In this document: positions 26,353 through 40,989 of the stretch, in pieces
Numbering within the stretch: the stretch's first letter is position 1
How the letters are laid out: each line of letters opens with the position of its first letter
DNA from: the human T2T-CHM13v2.0 reference genome, Homo sapiens
Assembly: GCF_009914755.1 (NCBI RefSeq)
Contig: NC_060929.1
Length of the DNA stretch: 64,000 bases
Direction: 5' to 3' (one strand)
Notes under the pieces: model-generated
Told to the model about the DNA's origin: nothing
Databases searched by the model: none
The model's input: the letters and a program-made list of their open reading frames with translations, nothing else
Made by a program: the position numbers and the translations under genes

Positions 26353-29300
26353 GTTTTTCTTGATTTTTTTAACTTTTAATTTTTATGGGTATATAGTAGG
26401 TATATATATATTTGTAGAGTACAGGAGATATTTTGATTCAGGCATATGATGTGTAATAATCCCATCAGTATAAGTGGGATATCCATCACCTCAAGCATTT
26501 ATCATTTCTTTGTGTTACAAACATTCCAATCATAATTTTTTAGTTATTTTAAAATGTAAAATAAACTGTTGTTGACTGTTATAACCTTATTTTGCTATCA
26601 AATACTATATATTATTCATTTGATCTAACTATAGTTTTGAACCCATTAACCATCCCTCCCCATCCGCCCAACCCTTCACAGTCTCTGGTGACCATCATTC
26701 TAATCTCTATCTCTATTAGTTCAATTGTTTTAATTTTTATCTCCCACAAATGAATAAGAACATTCAGTGAAGTTTGTTTTTCTGTGCCTGACTTGTTTCA
26801 CTTAACATAATAACCTTCAGTTTAATCCATGTTGTTGCAAATGACAGAATCTAATTCTTTTTATGGTTGAATAGTACTCCATTTTGTTTATACGTACCAC
26901 ATTTTCTTTATCCATTCCTCTCTTGATGGACACAGGTTGCTTCCAAATCTTGGCAATTGTGAATGGTGCTGCAATGAACATGGGAGTGCAGATACTTCTT
27001 TGATATACTGATTTCCTTATTTTGGGGTATAAACCTAGCAGTGGGATTGCTGGAACATTTGGTCGTTTTATTTTTAGTTACTTAGGCATCTCCATACTCT
27101 TCTCCATAGTGACAGTACCAATTTGCATTCCCACCAACAGTGTATGAGGGTTTCCTTTTCTCCACATCTTCACCAACATTTGTTATTGCTTGTTTTTTAT
27201 TTTTTTTTTTATAAAAGCCATTTTAACTGGTGTAAGAAAATACCTCACTGTAGTTTTGATTTGCATTTCTCTGATGATTGAGGATTTTGAACACCTTTTT
27301 ATGTAGCTGCTTGCCATTTAAATGTCTTCTTTTGAGAAATGTCTATTTAGATCTTTTGATTACTTTTAATCAGATTACTAGTTCTTTAGATAGAGTTGTT
27401 TGTGCTCCATATATATTCTGGTTATTATTCTCTTGTTTGCAAGTAATAGTTTTCAAATATTTTATCTCATTCTGTGAGTTGTCTCTTCACTTTGTTGATT
27501 GTTTATTTTGTTTTGCAGAAGGTTTTAAGCTTGATGTATTTCCGTTTGTCTATTTTTGCTTTGGTTGTCTGTGCTATTGTGGCAATACTCAAGAAATCTT
27601 TGCCCAGATAAATGTCCTTGAGAGTTTCTCCAATGTTGTCTTTCAGTAGATTCACAGTTTCAGGTATTATATTTATGTTTTTAATCCATTTTGTTTGGTT
27701 TTTGTATATGGTGAAAGATAGGGGTCTAGTTTCATTTGCCTGCATATGAATATCCAATTTTACCCGCATCATTTTTTGAAGAGACTGTCCTTTCCCCCAC
27801 TTTATGTTGTATGTTCTTGGGATCTACTTTTGTGATGTAGGTGCTTATTGCTAAAACTTTCCTCTTAATAATGCTTTTGCTATATCCGATAGGTTTTGGT
27901 ATGTTTTGTTTCCATTTTAATTTGTTTCAAGAATTTTTTTAAATTTTCTTGTTAATTTCTTCATTTACCCACTGGTCATTCAGGAGCATATTGTTTAAAT
28001 TCTATGTGTTTCTATAGTATCCAACATTCTTCCTGTCGTTGATTCCTAATTTTGTTTTATTGGGGTTAAATAAATGTTTGATATTGTTTCAATGTTTTTT
28101 GAATTTTTTAACATTTGTTTTGTGATCTAACATATGGTCTAGCCTGATGATCCATGTGCTGAGGGGAAGAATGCGCATTCTGCAGCCATTGAAAAAAATG
28201 TTCTGTAAATATCTGTTAGGTTCATTTGGTCTATAGTGCAGATTAAATTGCATTTTGGTGATTTTCTGTCTTAATGATCTGTCCAATGCTGAAAGTGGGG
28301 TCTTGAAGGCTCCAGCTATTATTGTTTTAAGGTCTATCTGTCTCTCTTTAGCTCTAATAATACTAGTTATAAATCTAGGTGCACTAGTACTGGGGGCATA
28401 TAGTTACAATTGTTATATCCTTTTTGCTGAATTGACCCCTTCATTATTAAAATGACCTTCTTTGTCTCTTTATTGTTTCTGTCTTGACATCAATTTTAAC
28501 TAATGTAAGCATAGCTACTCCTGAACTTTTTTTGTTTTTTTATTTATATGGAATGTCTTTTTTCCTGTCTTTATTTTTAGTATATGTGTATCTTTATAGG
28601 TGAATTGTGTTCTTTGCAAGCAACAGATAGTTGGGACTTGTTTTATTTTCCCCAATGTAGTCACTCTATGTCTTTTGATTTAAGACTTTAGCACACTTAT
28701 ATTTAATGTTGTTAATTGTTTCCCAGTTGTTTTGTGGTCTTTTATTCCTTCCTTGCTTCCTGTCTTTTCTGTGAAGGTGATTTTCTATGGTGGTGTGCTT
28801 TAATTTCCTGCTTTTTATTTTTTTGTGTATCTATTGTAATTTTTATTTTTGATTTGAAGTTGCCATGAGGCTTACAAAGAACATCTTATAACCCATTGTT
28901 TTAAACTGTTGAAAACACTGATTGCAAAACACAAATAAACTAACAAACAGGCAAAGAGAAAACTTGTACAATTTCTACATTTTAAATAACATTCCTCACT
29001 TTTTAACATTTTATTGTTTCTATTTATATGTTATTGTCTATGTCTTCAAAGGTTGTTGTAGTTACTATTTTTCATAGATTAATCTTTAATCTTTCTACGC
29101 AAGATATGAGTAGTTAGCACAACATAATTATGGTTTTATAATAATCTGTGTTTGTCTGTGTACTTAGTATTAACAGTGAGTTTAGTACTTTCAGATGATT
29201 CTTTTTTTTCTCAGTATCAACCTTTTCTTTCAGTTTAAACAACTCCCTTTAGCATTTCCTGTAAGACAGGTCTGGTGTTGATGAAATCTCTCAGCCTTTT

Positions 29301-32178
29301 TTTTTTTTTTTTTGGTTTGTTTGTTTGGCAAATTCTTTATTTCTCCTTCATGTTTGAAGAATATTTTCACTGGATATGCTATTCTAGATTTTTCCTTTGG
29401 AAGTATAAATATGTCATGCCACTCTCTCCTGGCCTGTTAGTTTTCCACTGAGAAGCCTGCTGCCAGAAATACTGGAGCTCCTTTGCATGTTATTTTTTTC
29501 TTTCTCTTGCTGCTTCTAGGATCATTTTGTTATCCTTCACATGGCAGTTTGATTATTAAGTGTCTTAAGGTCTTCTTATTTGGGTTAAATCTGCTGTTTG
29601 TTCCACCACCTTATAGTACTTGAGTATCAGCATCTTTTTCTAGTTTTGGAATGTTCTCTGATAAAAGCTTGAATAAAGTTTCTACCCTTATCTTTATCTA
29701 CCTATTTAAGGTAAATAAATCTTAGATTTGTCTTTTTGAGGCAATTTTCTAGATATTGAAGTTGTGCTTCATTCTTTCTTATTATTTTGTCTCCTCCAAC
29801 AAGCTTACTAATTCTTTTTTCTGTTTGACGAATTCTTCTACTGAGAAATTGTGATGCATTCTTCAGCATGTTAATTAAATTTTTAAGTCCCAGAATTTTT
29901 TTGATTTTTAAAAATTATTTTAATTTCTTTTTAAATTTATCTGATAGGATTTTGAATTTCTTCTCTGAAGTATCTTCTATTTTATTGAGCTTTTTCAAAA
30001 CAGTTATGTGTAATTCTCTGTCTTAAAGATTAAATATCTTTGTCAATCTGGGATTGATCACTGGTGCTTTATTTAGTTTGTTTGGTGAATTTATGTTTTC
30101 CTGGATGGTCTTGATGCTTTTGAATGTTTGTCAATGTCTGTTCATTGAAAAATTAGGTATTCATTGCAGCCTTTGAAGTCTGGGCTTCTGTGTATCCTCT
30201 TTCTTGGGAAGGTTTTCCAAGTATTCAAAGTGAACTGACTGTTGTAATCTAAGACTTTGGTAACTACAACCATATCTGCATTAGGAGATACTCCAAGCCC
30301 AGTAATTCTGTGGCTCTTGCAGGCTTATAGAGAAGCTGCCTTGATGGTCTTGGCTAAGATACAAGAGATGTCTCTAGATTACTAGGCAGAGACTTTTGTT
30401 CTCTTCTCTTACTTTCCCCCAAACAAAGGATGCCTCTGTCTCCTTGCTGAGCTGCAAAGAGTTAGGGGGAAGGTGAATAAAGCACCCCTGTGTCCACCAC
30501 CACTGGGACTGTGTTGGGTCAGACCCAAAGCCAGCACAGCCCTGGGTCTCACTCAAGGTCAGCAGTGACCACCACCTAGCCACCACCTATGTTCGATTAA
30601 GGTTCTAGAGTTCTTCAGTTTGTAGGTGGTGAATCCAGCTAGGATTGTGTGTTTCTGTTCAGGGCAGTGAGTTCCTCTCAGCCCTGGGCAGGTCCAGAAA
30701 TGCCTTCCAGGAGCCGGGGCCTAGAGTTGGAAAGCTCAGGAATATACTAGGTGCTCTATTCTACTGCTGCTGAGCTGACACCCAAGCCACAAGACAAAGT
30801 CCTTCTCTAATTTCCTCTCCTTTTCTCAAGCAAAAAGTCTCTCCTCATGATGACAACCACCTCAGACCCATGGTGACTACTGCTTGGCTGCTGCCAATGT
30901 TCACTCAATGCCCACGGGTTATTCAGTCAGCTTGTGATGACTGTTTCCAGGCCTGGATCTTTCCCTCCAGAGAACTGGGAGCCCCTCTGGCACAGAGAAA
31001 GTCCAGGAATGCTGTCCAAGAGGCAAGCCTTGGAATTGGGGACCCTAGAAGCCTGCTTGGTGCTCTATCTCACTGTGGTCGTGTTGGTACCCAAGCTGCA
31101 AGACAAAGTCTCTTTAATCTTTTGTCTCCTTCCCTCAAGCAGAAGAGGTCTCTCTCTATAGCCATCATAGCTCAGAATGTGCTCACTCACATCTGAAGCC
31201 AGCATGACACTGGATCTCACTGTAGGCCCATGGTGAGTCCTGCCTGGCTACTGCTGGTGTTTATTCAAGGCCCAGTGGGCACTTCAGTCAGCAGCTGATA
31301 AATCTTTCCAGAACTGGGTTCTTCCTTTCAAGACAGTAGGTTCTCTTCTGACCCAGGTTGTGTTTAGAAATGTCATCTGGGAGCTAGGGCCTGAAATACG
31401 GGCCTCGTGACTCTGCCTGGTGCCCTATTCTACTGTGGCTGAGCTAAAACCCAAGCTCCAAGACAAATTCCTTTTTCAGTCTTTCCTCTCTTCTCTCAAG
31501 CAAAAGGAAAACGTCTCCCCCAGAGTTGTGAGCTGCACTACCTGGGGTTGGGGGAGGGATTGCATAAGAACTCCCTTGGCTGCCCAAGCTCGTGTCTCAC
31601 TAGGTCGTGTGTAGCCCAAGCCCGCTGACTCTGAGTCCAGCGGAGCACTAGGATTTGCCCAGAAATTGTCATCTCACTGGGCTAGACTGCCTTTCAAGTT
31701 TATTTAGAACCCCATATCTCCGTAGCCCACTGTGGTGTGTCTAACCAGAGCTCAGGTTCTGACCACTGGATTGAAAGATTCCCCTCTGGCTGGGGCTGAT
31801 CTAAACGCTCCTGCATGGGCACCAGCTAAATTCTCCCCTGTGTTGCTTTCTACTGTGACTAGCAGTGCTGGGTTCCAATATAAAGACCCACAATAACTGT
31901 GCTCTCCCACCCCCAAGGACACAGATTTTCTCTCCATGCCACATGGCCACTGCAAAGGGATTGCAGAGAAGTGTCCTCAGCAATTCAAGACTGACTCTTC
32001 TACCCTTTCAGTGCCTCTTTACTTCATATGATGTTAAAACCAGGTACTGTGATTGCTCATGTGATGTTGGTTCTTATGTAGGTGTTGGCTTGTGTGTATA
32101 GTTGTTCTATTTGGTGTTTCTGGATGAAGCATAAATCCTAGAGGGCCCTAGTCAGCCATCTTGTTTCATCTCCCTCCC
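26353..32178 (-). mobile_element. Near full-length old L1 (L1MA1-3-like) with internal ORF2 deletion and repeat-containing 5' UTR
   Basis: T-rich tail and L1MA-type 3' UTR at 26353-26900, ORF2 3' part to ~27820, jump to the endonuclease region, ORF1, then 5' UTR ending CAGCCATCTTG (AAGATGGC on the minus strand). Degenerate TSD AAACATTTATTTT (26340-26352) / AAACTTATATTTT (32179-32191). Confidence 0.85.
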
Positions 32179-33654
32179 AAACTTATATTTTAGTTAATTA
32201 GGGATAAACCCGTGGTGTCCGAGAGAGCCTCTCTTGGAAGGCTTACAAATTTGGAAGGTAGGAGAGAGTGCATAACTTTAATAAAACAATATAAGTGAGT
32301 ATAATCTTAATGCGAATAAGGTGAAATCAACAGCAATAAATGACAGCAAATTCAATATAGAATGCTCTTTGAATTGTAAAGTTGTATGGAAATTCAGGGG
32401 CTCTGTGTTTAATTCTAACGGAATGTAGGAATTTCAATGATGGTATCTCTGGCATATAATTAGCAATTATGACATCTCATAATTAGCAATTAGAGTCATT
32501 CCATGTTTCTCTCTCTTTTCTCTATCTTTATCTTCTCTTTATACTTTTTTAATATGATCATGCAAAACATGATAAGATCTTTTTTAAAATAAAATCTTAA
32601 AGTTTTAATGAATAAAGTGAATAATTATGCTGTTGTCTTAATTTTACTTTACACAGTTACTGGCTTTGATTTTATCCTGTAAAGACTTTATTTTGTGAGC
32701 TAGATGATCCCAAAATATATCAGATCTGACTCACTTAATTTCAATACATTTTAACTATGCTGAATGTTGAGGAGAAATATAATGACCTTTATTTCTTGCC
32801 CTAAGAGAGCTTTATTGGTCCTTTTAAAAGATATACTGAGTTGACAAAACAGGATTATCATAATGTATACTTTTTTAAGACAACCAGGAAGTACCTGTTG
32901 TGGCCTGAGGTCTACCTGGGGTAAATGCTACCAAGAGATGTGATGTGCAGCTCACTTTTAAAAATGTCAAAATGCCTGAGTTGCAGCAGAAGGGTAAAAA
33001 TATACATATATTTATAGTTTTACTAAAACTTGTTTTCTATTCCGAAATGTACTCACTGAGCCTGAGAAAGGCCTATCAGCATGCTTTCCCACAGCTGCTT
33101 ACTTTGTCTCAGTGTCACAGTTTACCAAAACAAAAATAAAGACAAAAGAAGGGAGAACTTTGAATTGATTTTATTTTTTCCTTACATGTCACTATCTGTG
33201 GGTGAGTCCTCTCATGGAATAACCATTCCATAATATCTCATTCTAATTTTATATTGACTTATTATTTGCCTATTTGTTTTCTTTTAATATGAAAGTTCAA
33301 TAAAAGGTTGAAAGAATCCTTTTCACCACACATGCTGGCTTTAAAAATGTTCTTATAATAAACTAAAGATCAGTTTACTTCCCAAGAAATGTTTCCTCTC
33401 TATATATTACAGCTATTGGGGCCATAGCCTCTCCAGTCAGGCTGCTAGAGAGAAATCAATTTTGTACTCATTTTTTAGAGCCTTGTAATCCAGGGAAAGT
33501 TACTTAATCTCTCCAAGCTACAGTTTCTTCATCTGCAAAATGGGCATAAGCAGAGGCAACAATAGATAGAAATAATAAGAAAAGAGAGTATTTCTTATTT
33601 ATCTGAAACATAGTAATATGTGCTGCTATCTAGATCTATCCATTCATCCATCTG

Positions 33655-33656
33655 TC

Positions 33657-33693
<37 letters not shown>
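33655..33693. repeat. (TATC)n tetranucleotide microsatellite
   Basis: Directly visible. Confidence 0.95.
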
Positions 33694-34919
33694 ATACCTA
33701 TCTGTATGTATGCATGAATGTATTTGCATGTGTACATATAGTATATGTGTATATACACATATACATCTTTCATATCTATAGCCATCTATTTTTATTTCTA
33801 TTATATTTATGTCAATAATCTTTCTAAATGTCTTTTTAAAAAATTGATGAGCTTATGGCTATTGTAACTTAGATTTAGTATACATACTTATTCAGAAGCA
33901 TCTAGATAACTTCAGAGATAGCCACAGATCTGATATTTCTTAGCTAGTTCATTAAATGGATACAAGTTGGATTATTTAATAAGGCATTGGGGAAATTGCA
34001 TAAGTTTTCTCCAGTCTTCTGCAGGGAGAATATCATTAAACCAACCAAATATATATATAAACATAGACTGTATTGACAACAGATACAAGGATCAGGGTTA
34101 AGATATAGTAAAATTTTAAATAGACAGTGTATCTCAAATATCTTTAATCAGTTTATGCTGCATTCCCCAACTGTTTCCTTTACTTCAATATCATCATTCA
34201 AAAATACATGGTAAACTAATTTCTGCCAAATATAAAATATAGCTTAGATTTTTATTCACTATAGTATTTACATTTTCATAGAATATTTACAGTTTAATAG
34301 ATGATTGTAAAATATTGCTAGAACTTCATTACTCTGATGTTGATATTTGAGACAACATGGTGGGTAGAAGTTGTTGTAGAGGAGGGGAGATAGGTAGCTT
34401 GCTGGCACCTCCCTATCAAGTAATCCTTGTCAAGTAAAATAAGCTAAAAACAATTTATGGATTAGAACTAATTTGTTCTGTGACAAAATTTTAGAAATGC
34501 AGATTTACTGCTTTAAATCAGTATGGGCATTGTCTGAGTTGGTATCCCTTGTGGCCAATAATAAAAGTCCTGCCACTATTCAGTGTGCTCGGATTTGCTG
34601 AATGATTACTTACTTTATTCAAGATTTTTTCCTTAAGTAAAAAAATATCAGTTAGCAAGATAATTAGCTGCTGTATCATAGATGTATATTCCAAGTTTAC
34701 ACCTTTTTCTTCAGCCCATAACTCTTGCTTCTATTCTGATTTTCTTTGTTTTGCTTAGACCACTATCAGTTTTTTTATATTGCTATAAAAATAAATATAA
34801 AAAGTTCCCCTTTTGTTTGAATTATATTATCAGATTCTGTATTGTGTCTCTCTATCTAATGACTAACCTTCTGACTCTTACCTACAAGACTATTTTTCCT
34901 AGCTCTACTAAGGTTTACA

Positions 34920-35070
34920 ATTGAAAAATAAAAATTATATATATTTACAGCATACAATGTGGTTTTCTATATATGTATGCATTGTGAAATGACTAAGTCA
35001 ACAAATTAACATATCCATCATCTCATACACTTATCAACTTTTGTTGTGAGAACATGTAAGATTTACAAGG
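34920..35070 (-). mobile_element. Short L1MA 3'-end fragment
   Basis: CATACAATGT...ATTGTGAAATGA...AATTAACATATCCATCA.CTCA...TTGTGAGAACA. Confidence 0.7.
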
Positions 35071-36739
35071 TTAACTTTTAAGTGTATATTTAATCATATT
35101 TAATCATTTCTTCCAGTTGCTAATACATTTTAATCCCTCTACTTGTCTACAGGAGAGGTGATTTCTTTACACAGCATCAAAGGCCCTCTGACAAGAACTA
35201 AAGTCACATTTTCAGAAGAAGCATTTACCATTTTGATGCCTTCAATGCCACATCAACTGACATAACATTTCTACATTTAGTTTTTCCCACATTGTCACAC
35301 ACATCTCATGTCTTCTATTGGATTCATTGCCTTTCTCTTTCACCACTTGGGAAATTTATACCCATTGCTAAAGTTAAATATCACCACAGCTATAAAGCCT
35401 CTCTAAATTATCTGAGTCCCCAAAGCATATTGAATATACATTTTTAGTAATTATGCTTATAAGCATTTTGTTATCTTTACAAATACCTAGATTCTGTTTT
35501 CTAAATTCCCTGAATAACATGACACAAAACATCTATTTCCTCAGCCCTAGTAATGAAAATAGGTTTCAAATTGATACATGTAACTTGTTCACTGATTGAT
35601 TGAAAACAGTGTTGTTTCTTAAAAAGAAATTACAATGGTCCAAAGTCCCTCCAAAAGATCAATGACACATCTCTGTTTCCTCGTAAGTGCCCATGTTTCT
35701 TTTTGTTGGTGGGCTCAGGTCTTCCTGTCCTCATCCTCTTATCTAGGGAGACGTTTCTCAATCAATTTGTTAATCACTGACAAGTGGCAGTTATACAGTC
35801 TGTCACTGATGGGTTTTTATTGTTGCATCTATCAATTCTTAAACCCTTTCTTCTTGTGTCCTTTGCAGAAGAACTACTTAAACGAACCTTTTAGATATAT
35901 TTGTCTAGTACTGCTGTTCTCTGCCCTAAAATATGGCCAATCTGGAAGAACTAAACAGAGGCATTTGGGGTTTCTGTGTTGGAGAAATGGCTGTGCTCCG
36001 TACTTCTTTATAGATGAGAATTCTTTTCTATTGTTCACCAATGAAGCAATGACAATACTGAAGGAGAAATGGAAAATATCTGATAAAAGTTATGTCTGAC
36101 ATCTGTAGAGTTGAATAGCTTTAGCTTAGTTCGAATAAATGCTTTATAGAATTCAGAATTACAGGCTACTTTTTAGGGCTTTTGTTTACAACATTAACAT
36201 TCAAGACATAAAATGAGGTTCAACTATTACCTTCTATATGGCCTAAAAAATAATGCGTTATCTAAACTGTAAACCACTATTAGTTTTGTATCATACTTTC
36301 AGGTTGCTTCCACCATCTCCCAATATATGTAACCGATCATGTGGAATTTAATGTTTATTTCCAGGTGTCATAGTTTTAGTTTATGTAAATATGTCTAATA
36401 ATTCTTTATTTGCTCAAATAATGTGTTTATGAACTTTATTAATATTGTTGTTCATAGCTCCTGTTCAATGTTGTATAATAATTTGTTGTATAAATATAGT
36501 GCAATTCTGAAATCTTGGTTGTTTCTAATCTCATGCTATTGTATACATTACTGTGAAAAATAATCCAGTTTGTATTTTCTGGGGGTATTTGTACAAAATT
36601 TTCTCTAGAATATATACTCATAAGTTGAATTATTGTGTACAAGGTTAATAAATTTCAACTTTAATAAGTATTGCAAAACCTCTATCTTAAACCATCTTAG
36701 TGTAACATATCCTGAAATCACCTGTAAAATTGTATGTAA

Positions 36740-38170
36740 TTATCAAAAGAAATTCCTAGAACTTAATTAATAAATACGGCATTGCCTATATGTTAGCTAT
36801 CAATAATTGGAAAATGAAATAAACATATATAATAAAAGCATATGTATAACAAGTGAAATTCTTAAGTATAAATCAAATAAAACATATACAGGATATGTAT
36901 ACTAAAAATGAAAACACTGATAAAAATGATCCTAAATAAATGGTGAGATGTAGTACAAACATAGATTGGAAAGTTCAATGTTGTTAAGATATCAATTCTT
37001 TCCAAATTGATCTATAGACAACAAAATTTTAATCAAAACTCTAGCAGAATTTGTTGTAAAAATACACAGGAGATCAAAAACCACATCAACGGAACAAAAA
37101 TGGGGTCTAAAAATAAACCTATTAAATTGTGGCTTCTTTTTGACAAAGTTACAAAGATATTCAATGGCAAAAGTATGATCTTTTCAATAAATGGTGCTGG
37201 AGAAACTGGAAATTAATATACAATAAAAGAACCTTGACCTAAACTTCACATCTTATAAAAATTAACTGAAAGTGAAATATAGATGTCAGCAAAAATGTAA
37301 AATTACGATATTTTAAGAAGAAAACAGAAAAAATATCTTCATACCTTGGGTTAGGCAACAAATTCTTAGACATAACTCTAAAAGTATACTGATAAAGAGA
37401 AAAAAATTAGATTTAATCAAAACTTAAAAATTTTTTGCTCTGTGAAAGACATGGCTGAGAGACTGAAAGGACAAGCTATATTTTCAGAGTAAATTGCATA
37501 TATGACAAAAGATGTGTTTCCATATGTGTAAACACCTCCTAAAATCAAAACTAAGAAAACATAGAGCTAATTTTTAAAATGAGAAAAACCCTTGCATATA
37601 CACTTCATGAAAAAGGATACACAGCTAAGTAATGAGAACATGAATAAATGCTCAATATCATTACCACAGAGAAAGGCAAATTAAATCTACAATGAGACAT
37701 CACTACACAAAGATGTAGAGTAACTGGAGCTCTTGTGTATTACCAACAGCAATGCAATATGGTAAAGCCACTGTGGAAAACAGTTGGACAGGTTCTTGTA
37801 AACTTCAGTATACGCTTACCACATAACCCAGCATTCTATTTCTAGGTTTTAGGCAGATAAACAGATAAACATTTATTTTCACTACACAATGTGTATACGT
37901 GTTGAGAGCACTTCTATTCATAATTGTCTAAGAATGAAAACTACCCAAACGTCCTTCAATGAATCTATTGTCCTTAAATGAATTGATTCTACAAAATGTG
38001 GCATAGACACACAATGGAATGCTACTCAACAGTGAAAAAGTAATGAATTATTGCTACATACAACAACTTGAATGAATCTTAAAATTATTATGCTGCAAGT
38101 AGCCAGTCGTATGGGCTACATGCTGCATAGTTGCATTTATGAGACATTCCAGAACATTAAACCATACAGA
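36740..38170 (+). mobile_element. Old L1M (L1MC/MD-like) ORF2 3' part and 3' UTR, fragmented
   Basis: GATTGGAAAG.TCAAT.TTGTTAAGAT.TCAATTCT, TTTTCAATAAATGGTGCTGG, GCCACT.TGGAAAACAGTT.G, CACAATGGAAT.CTACTCA. Confidence 0.8.
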
Positions 38171-39783
38171 GTTGGAGAACATACTAAAATTTATAAAATA
38201 GATCACAACAAGTCAATTTTTCTGCATGTACCTTAAATACTACTTTTTTAAAAAAGTTAAATATTAAAAATAAAATAAGGTGGCATGAAAAATTTTGTGA
38301 ATATATGCGATCACACTTATGTGGGTTTTTAATACTTTCTAAAAATAAAGAAGTTGAGGGGGAGGCTCAGGTTGTTAAAATTAATAAAATATTCAGGCTA
38401 TATGATGTTTGAAAGTGATACATCTAAAATAAAACAATATAAATGTAAAAAGTAAAGAAATAAGGCATATAAAAATAGCAGGGAATAACAAGAAAGAGAC
38501 AGACAGGGAGAAGTGGGAGGGATTAAAATGTTGAAAGGAAAGCCAGAAAATATTAACAAATACCCACATCCACATAAATTGGTCAACCTCATTTTTGAGT
38601 GTATGAAATCCTAAGCACAAAGCACATATAGGATTCAACAACACACTACAAGTGTATTACAAAATAATTAAGTAGGTTTTTGGTATTAAGAAAAAATTGA
38701 AGAGATATTTTGAACAGGTTCTATAAATTATTATATATTTAAATTTACAAAAATGTTATATTTCCATAGTTTATTCTATTTAGAAAACGTTATATTCCCA
38801 AACTTAAATTGTGTTGATTTTTTTGCTAATTTAAAAATTTGCTTTTGTATTAAATAAATATTTTTGTTTCTCAATAAACTTCTGCTGTGCCTTTACCAAA
38901 CACGTAATTTTGTATCCCAGGAATGAATTCAACCTAGAGTAGTTAATATAAGAGAATCTATAAGCAGCCTTGGAAGCTTTAGTTATAAAAACTATAATAG
39001 GAAAAACTAATTACTCTTATTATAGTGGCATATCTTTTTCAGTGAAATAGATGAGAGTCATGTGTTTACGTAGGATTCTTCAGTGCACAGGTTTTAAATT
39101 TTACTTAAAAATTAGACGAATTAACAAACTATGTTCAACGTATTATACAGTAGTATGAAGATGACTTTAAAATAAAATATCAAAAATAAGATAGTCAAAA
39201 TTTTTTAAAAAGATGACATGACGCTTTCACATGCATTTGCACAATTCATGCATTCACTCAGTAACTCAATATATGTAAAAAATATAGAAACAATGTAACC
39301 TGCTGGTATTGTTTATATATCAGGCCTAAGCCTTGATAGACAGAATTTTATAAAATATTTTATATTTTCATTTGAAGAAAATGTTATAAACACATAAGAT
39401 TTGAAAACAGTAAGCACAAAACACAACAATCTAAGGTGTTTTCAAGAGCCACATAAAAGGATTGAAAATCAATTTGGCAATCTTTCTGAAGGGTAGGTAT
39501 TTAGACAGAGTGCTTCCAGTGGCTGGAAATCATTAGAAAGCCAAGGCAAGGTGCCCATGGTCACGCAGAAGGGTCCCTGAAGGAGCCACAGCTCTGCAGT
39601 GTATTCTCTTGGATGATGACAGAGGCCAATTATTTAATGATACAGGGACCGATGTGGTCATTCGATAAAGTTCAGTGCTTTAGATATGATTGAGACAGAA
39701 TGAGTGACTCTTAAGATTATTCATACTCAAGAGGAGATCCTTTTGTTTGTGTGGTTTAAATACTTTCTGCAAGCAAATTCTTG

Positions 39784-40695
39784 TTTTTTTTTTTTTTTTT
39801 TTTTTGACAGAATGATAGGTTTTCTTTATAAGTCAGTATGAACTGAGTAGGAATTACACATTGGCAAAAATCAGTGAGCCAAAAATCAAACCAGCACATC
39901 AAATTGCTCTCCAAACTGAACTAAACCAAAGGGTGTGTGGCTTGAGTCGGACCACAGAGAATGACGGCTTAAGATCACCGCGTCAGGTGTTCTTCCTTTG
40001 GAGAAGGAGGCACTGGCAGTGTCAGGCATCCTGGAGGAGCCACCCCGTAGACTGTGGGGTGATGGTGCAGCCCTACTTATCACCTTACTAAGACTAGCAA
40101 TGTCAGAATGTTCAGTGACACTTTATTCATCTCAAGGGTCTAGACATACGCTCTGGGCAAAAACAATTCCCCACACCTCTTTGCTCTCTAATAACAAAGT
40201 TGATCTATTTCATTCAAAACTTGGTGAGTCCTTGGAGCTCAGCACACCACACCTGAGACACACAACAGCACCAGCACCACACACAGATGAGCACTGGGCT
40301 TAGCATCTGATGTGGGTATCTAATGCAAACTAAGCCTGAGTCAGGCACTACGGTTCCCATTTTCAACTGGGGAAACTGAGGCACAGGGCAGTTGTGCAGT
40401 TTGCCAAAGGGCGTGCAACCAGAGAATTACTGAGAAGGAATTTGAACCCGGGCTTCCACTGTGGCTATAAACCATTACACTAAACACTCTCCTGCCATAA
40501 CTAGTGACTGATCTGATCTGATCTAGAACATATGACTTTGTGACTACAATCACAGGTCCTAAATGCATTTTTGGCTATACTCCCTTTTCCATTTATTCTG
40601 CAGATGTTTACTGAGGGCATGCTACGTGTCACCACTGTCCTGGTGCTAGGGACACAATCAGTGGTGAGCAAATTCTTACTCTCCTCATAGAACTG
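39784..40695 (-). other. L1 3'-transduced segment (~0.9 kb, includes MIR ~40340-40490 and an L2 end ~40590-40690) with its own poly(A)
   Basis: Lies between the L1 tail (40696-40708) and a second T22 tract (39784-39805) abutting TSD copy 39766-39782. TATAAA (minus strand, 39825-39830) is 19 nt before the tail. Confidence 0.88.
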
Positions 40696-40989
40696 TTTTT
40701 TTTTTTTTAATATTACTTTAAGCTTTAAGGTACATGTGCACAATGTGCAGGTTTGTTACATATGTATACATGTGCCATGTTGGTGTGCTGCACCCATTGA
40801 CTCTTCATTTACATTAGATATATCTCCTAATGCTATCCCTCCCCACTCCCCCCACCCCACAACAGGCCCCGGTATGTGATGTTCCCCTTCCTGTGTCCAA
40901 GTGTTCTCATTGTTCAGTTCCCACCTATGAGTGAGAATATGTGGTGTTTGGTTTTTTGTTCTTGCAATAGTTTAGTTCTTGCAATTCAG

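Noticed and set aside
35635-36099. 154-aa ORF and a pyrimidine-tract/AG acceptor-like site near 35868
   Set aside because: No recognisable homology and no supporting exon structure. Conservation cannot be judged from sequence alone.
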